From the NCBI GenBank assembly GCA_017656425.1, contig JACDNV010000003.1, forward strand, positions 164,212 through 228,211: a stretch of DNA of 64,000 nucleotides. Reading direction: 5' to 3'. Made by a program: the position numbers and the translations under genes. Shown here one piece after another: positions 63,825-64,000 of this stretch (within the stretch, counting starts at the first letter, position 1; every line of letters starts with the position of its first letter). Below the pieces are notes generated by a model. It saw only the letters and a program-made list of their open reading frames with translations. It made no database searches and was not told where the DNA came from. The DNA comes from Fidelibacterota bacterium (GTDB lineage Bacteria > Fidelibacterota > UBA2242 > B5-G15).

Positions 63825-64000
63825 ATATTCTCACAACAAAAACCACAATATCAAAAATTCAGCAATATTTACGAATATTTTAACGAATATTTTTATTTAA
63901 TATAAGTTAATTTTTTCATGAATATGAACTTCAAAAGGTTATGTCAATTCATCAAGTCAAAAATGTTGTGTAAATTCACCCGCCTTAACGGGAGTTTCCC

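Noticed and set aside
63918-64000. An open frame beginning with ATG at 63918 and running off the window (MNMNFKRLCQFIKSKMLCKFTRLNGSF...). Nearby is a short direct repeat, ACGAATATTTT, at 63862-63872 and 63878-63888.
   Set aside because: Only 27 codons are visible, there is no clear SD, and it is too little to call a gene. The repeat is short enough to be chance in AT-rich DNA.

Overview
AT-rich bacterial chromosomal segment, most likely from a diderm organism: it encodes an LptD/OstA-like outer-membrane protein, several signal-peptide OM proteins, F-type ATPase, ParAB and PBP1A. I cannot place the lineage from sequence alone. Bases 1-19363 form one uninterrupted minus-strand chemotaxis/signalling super-operon of about 20 genes. 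In transcription order it reads cheA, cheW, dCache MCP, periplasmic protein, MCP, cheR, HisKA-only protein, cheD, HDOD, cheY-like, cheX/C-like, cheB, HDOD, cheY, cheZ-like, small ORF, FapA/DUF342, REC-GAF-GGDEF-like, pseudo-receiver and a response regulator that runs off the window. A strand switch follows at 19364-19632. Plus-strand genes then follow (with two minus-strand insertions: a permease at 27180-28208 and a block at 44259-51098). They include a PAS hybrid histidine kinase, OM proteins, a DtxR-family regulator with a feoAB iron-uptake operon, purine nucleoside phosphorylase, nitroreductase, a Ca/Na antiporter, a C-N hydrolase and parAB. After these come an M23 peptidase, bactofilin, the complete F1Fo ATP synthase operon (atpZ-like, atpBEFHAGDC), aspS, phoH, PBP1A, rplU-rpmA, ferredoxin, an MFS transporter, rarA, a 1212-aa LptD-like protein, a small module of zinc-ribbon and LbH proteins, and two split methionine-synthase domains at the 3' end. 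No rRNA, tRNA, CRISPR arrays or transposases were seen. The most notable structure is a perfect 567-bp direct repeat shared by the signalling domains of the two MCP genes, with conspicuously GC-rich codons that are atypical for the window. The chemotaxis operon is enriched in non-canonical components: tandem-Hpt CheA, an orphan HisKA with pseudo-receiver, two HDOD proteins, and CheZ-like plus CheX-like phosphatases. Several ORF-track starts use TTG or GTG, and I have proposed corrected ATG starts where an SD-like motif supports them.
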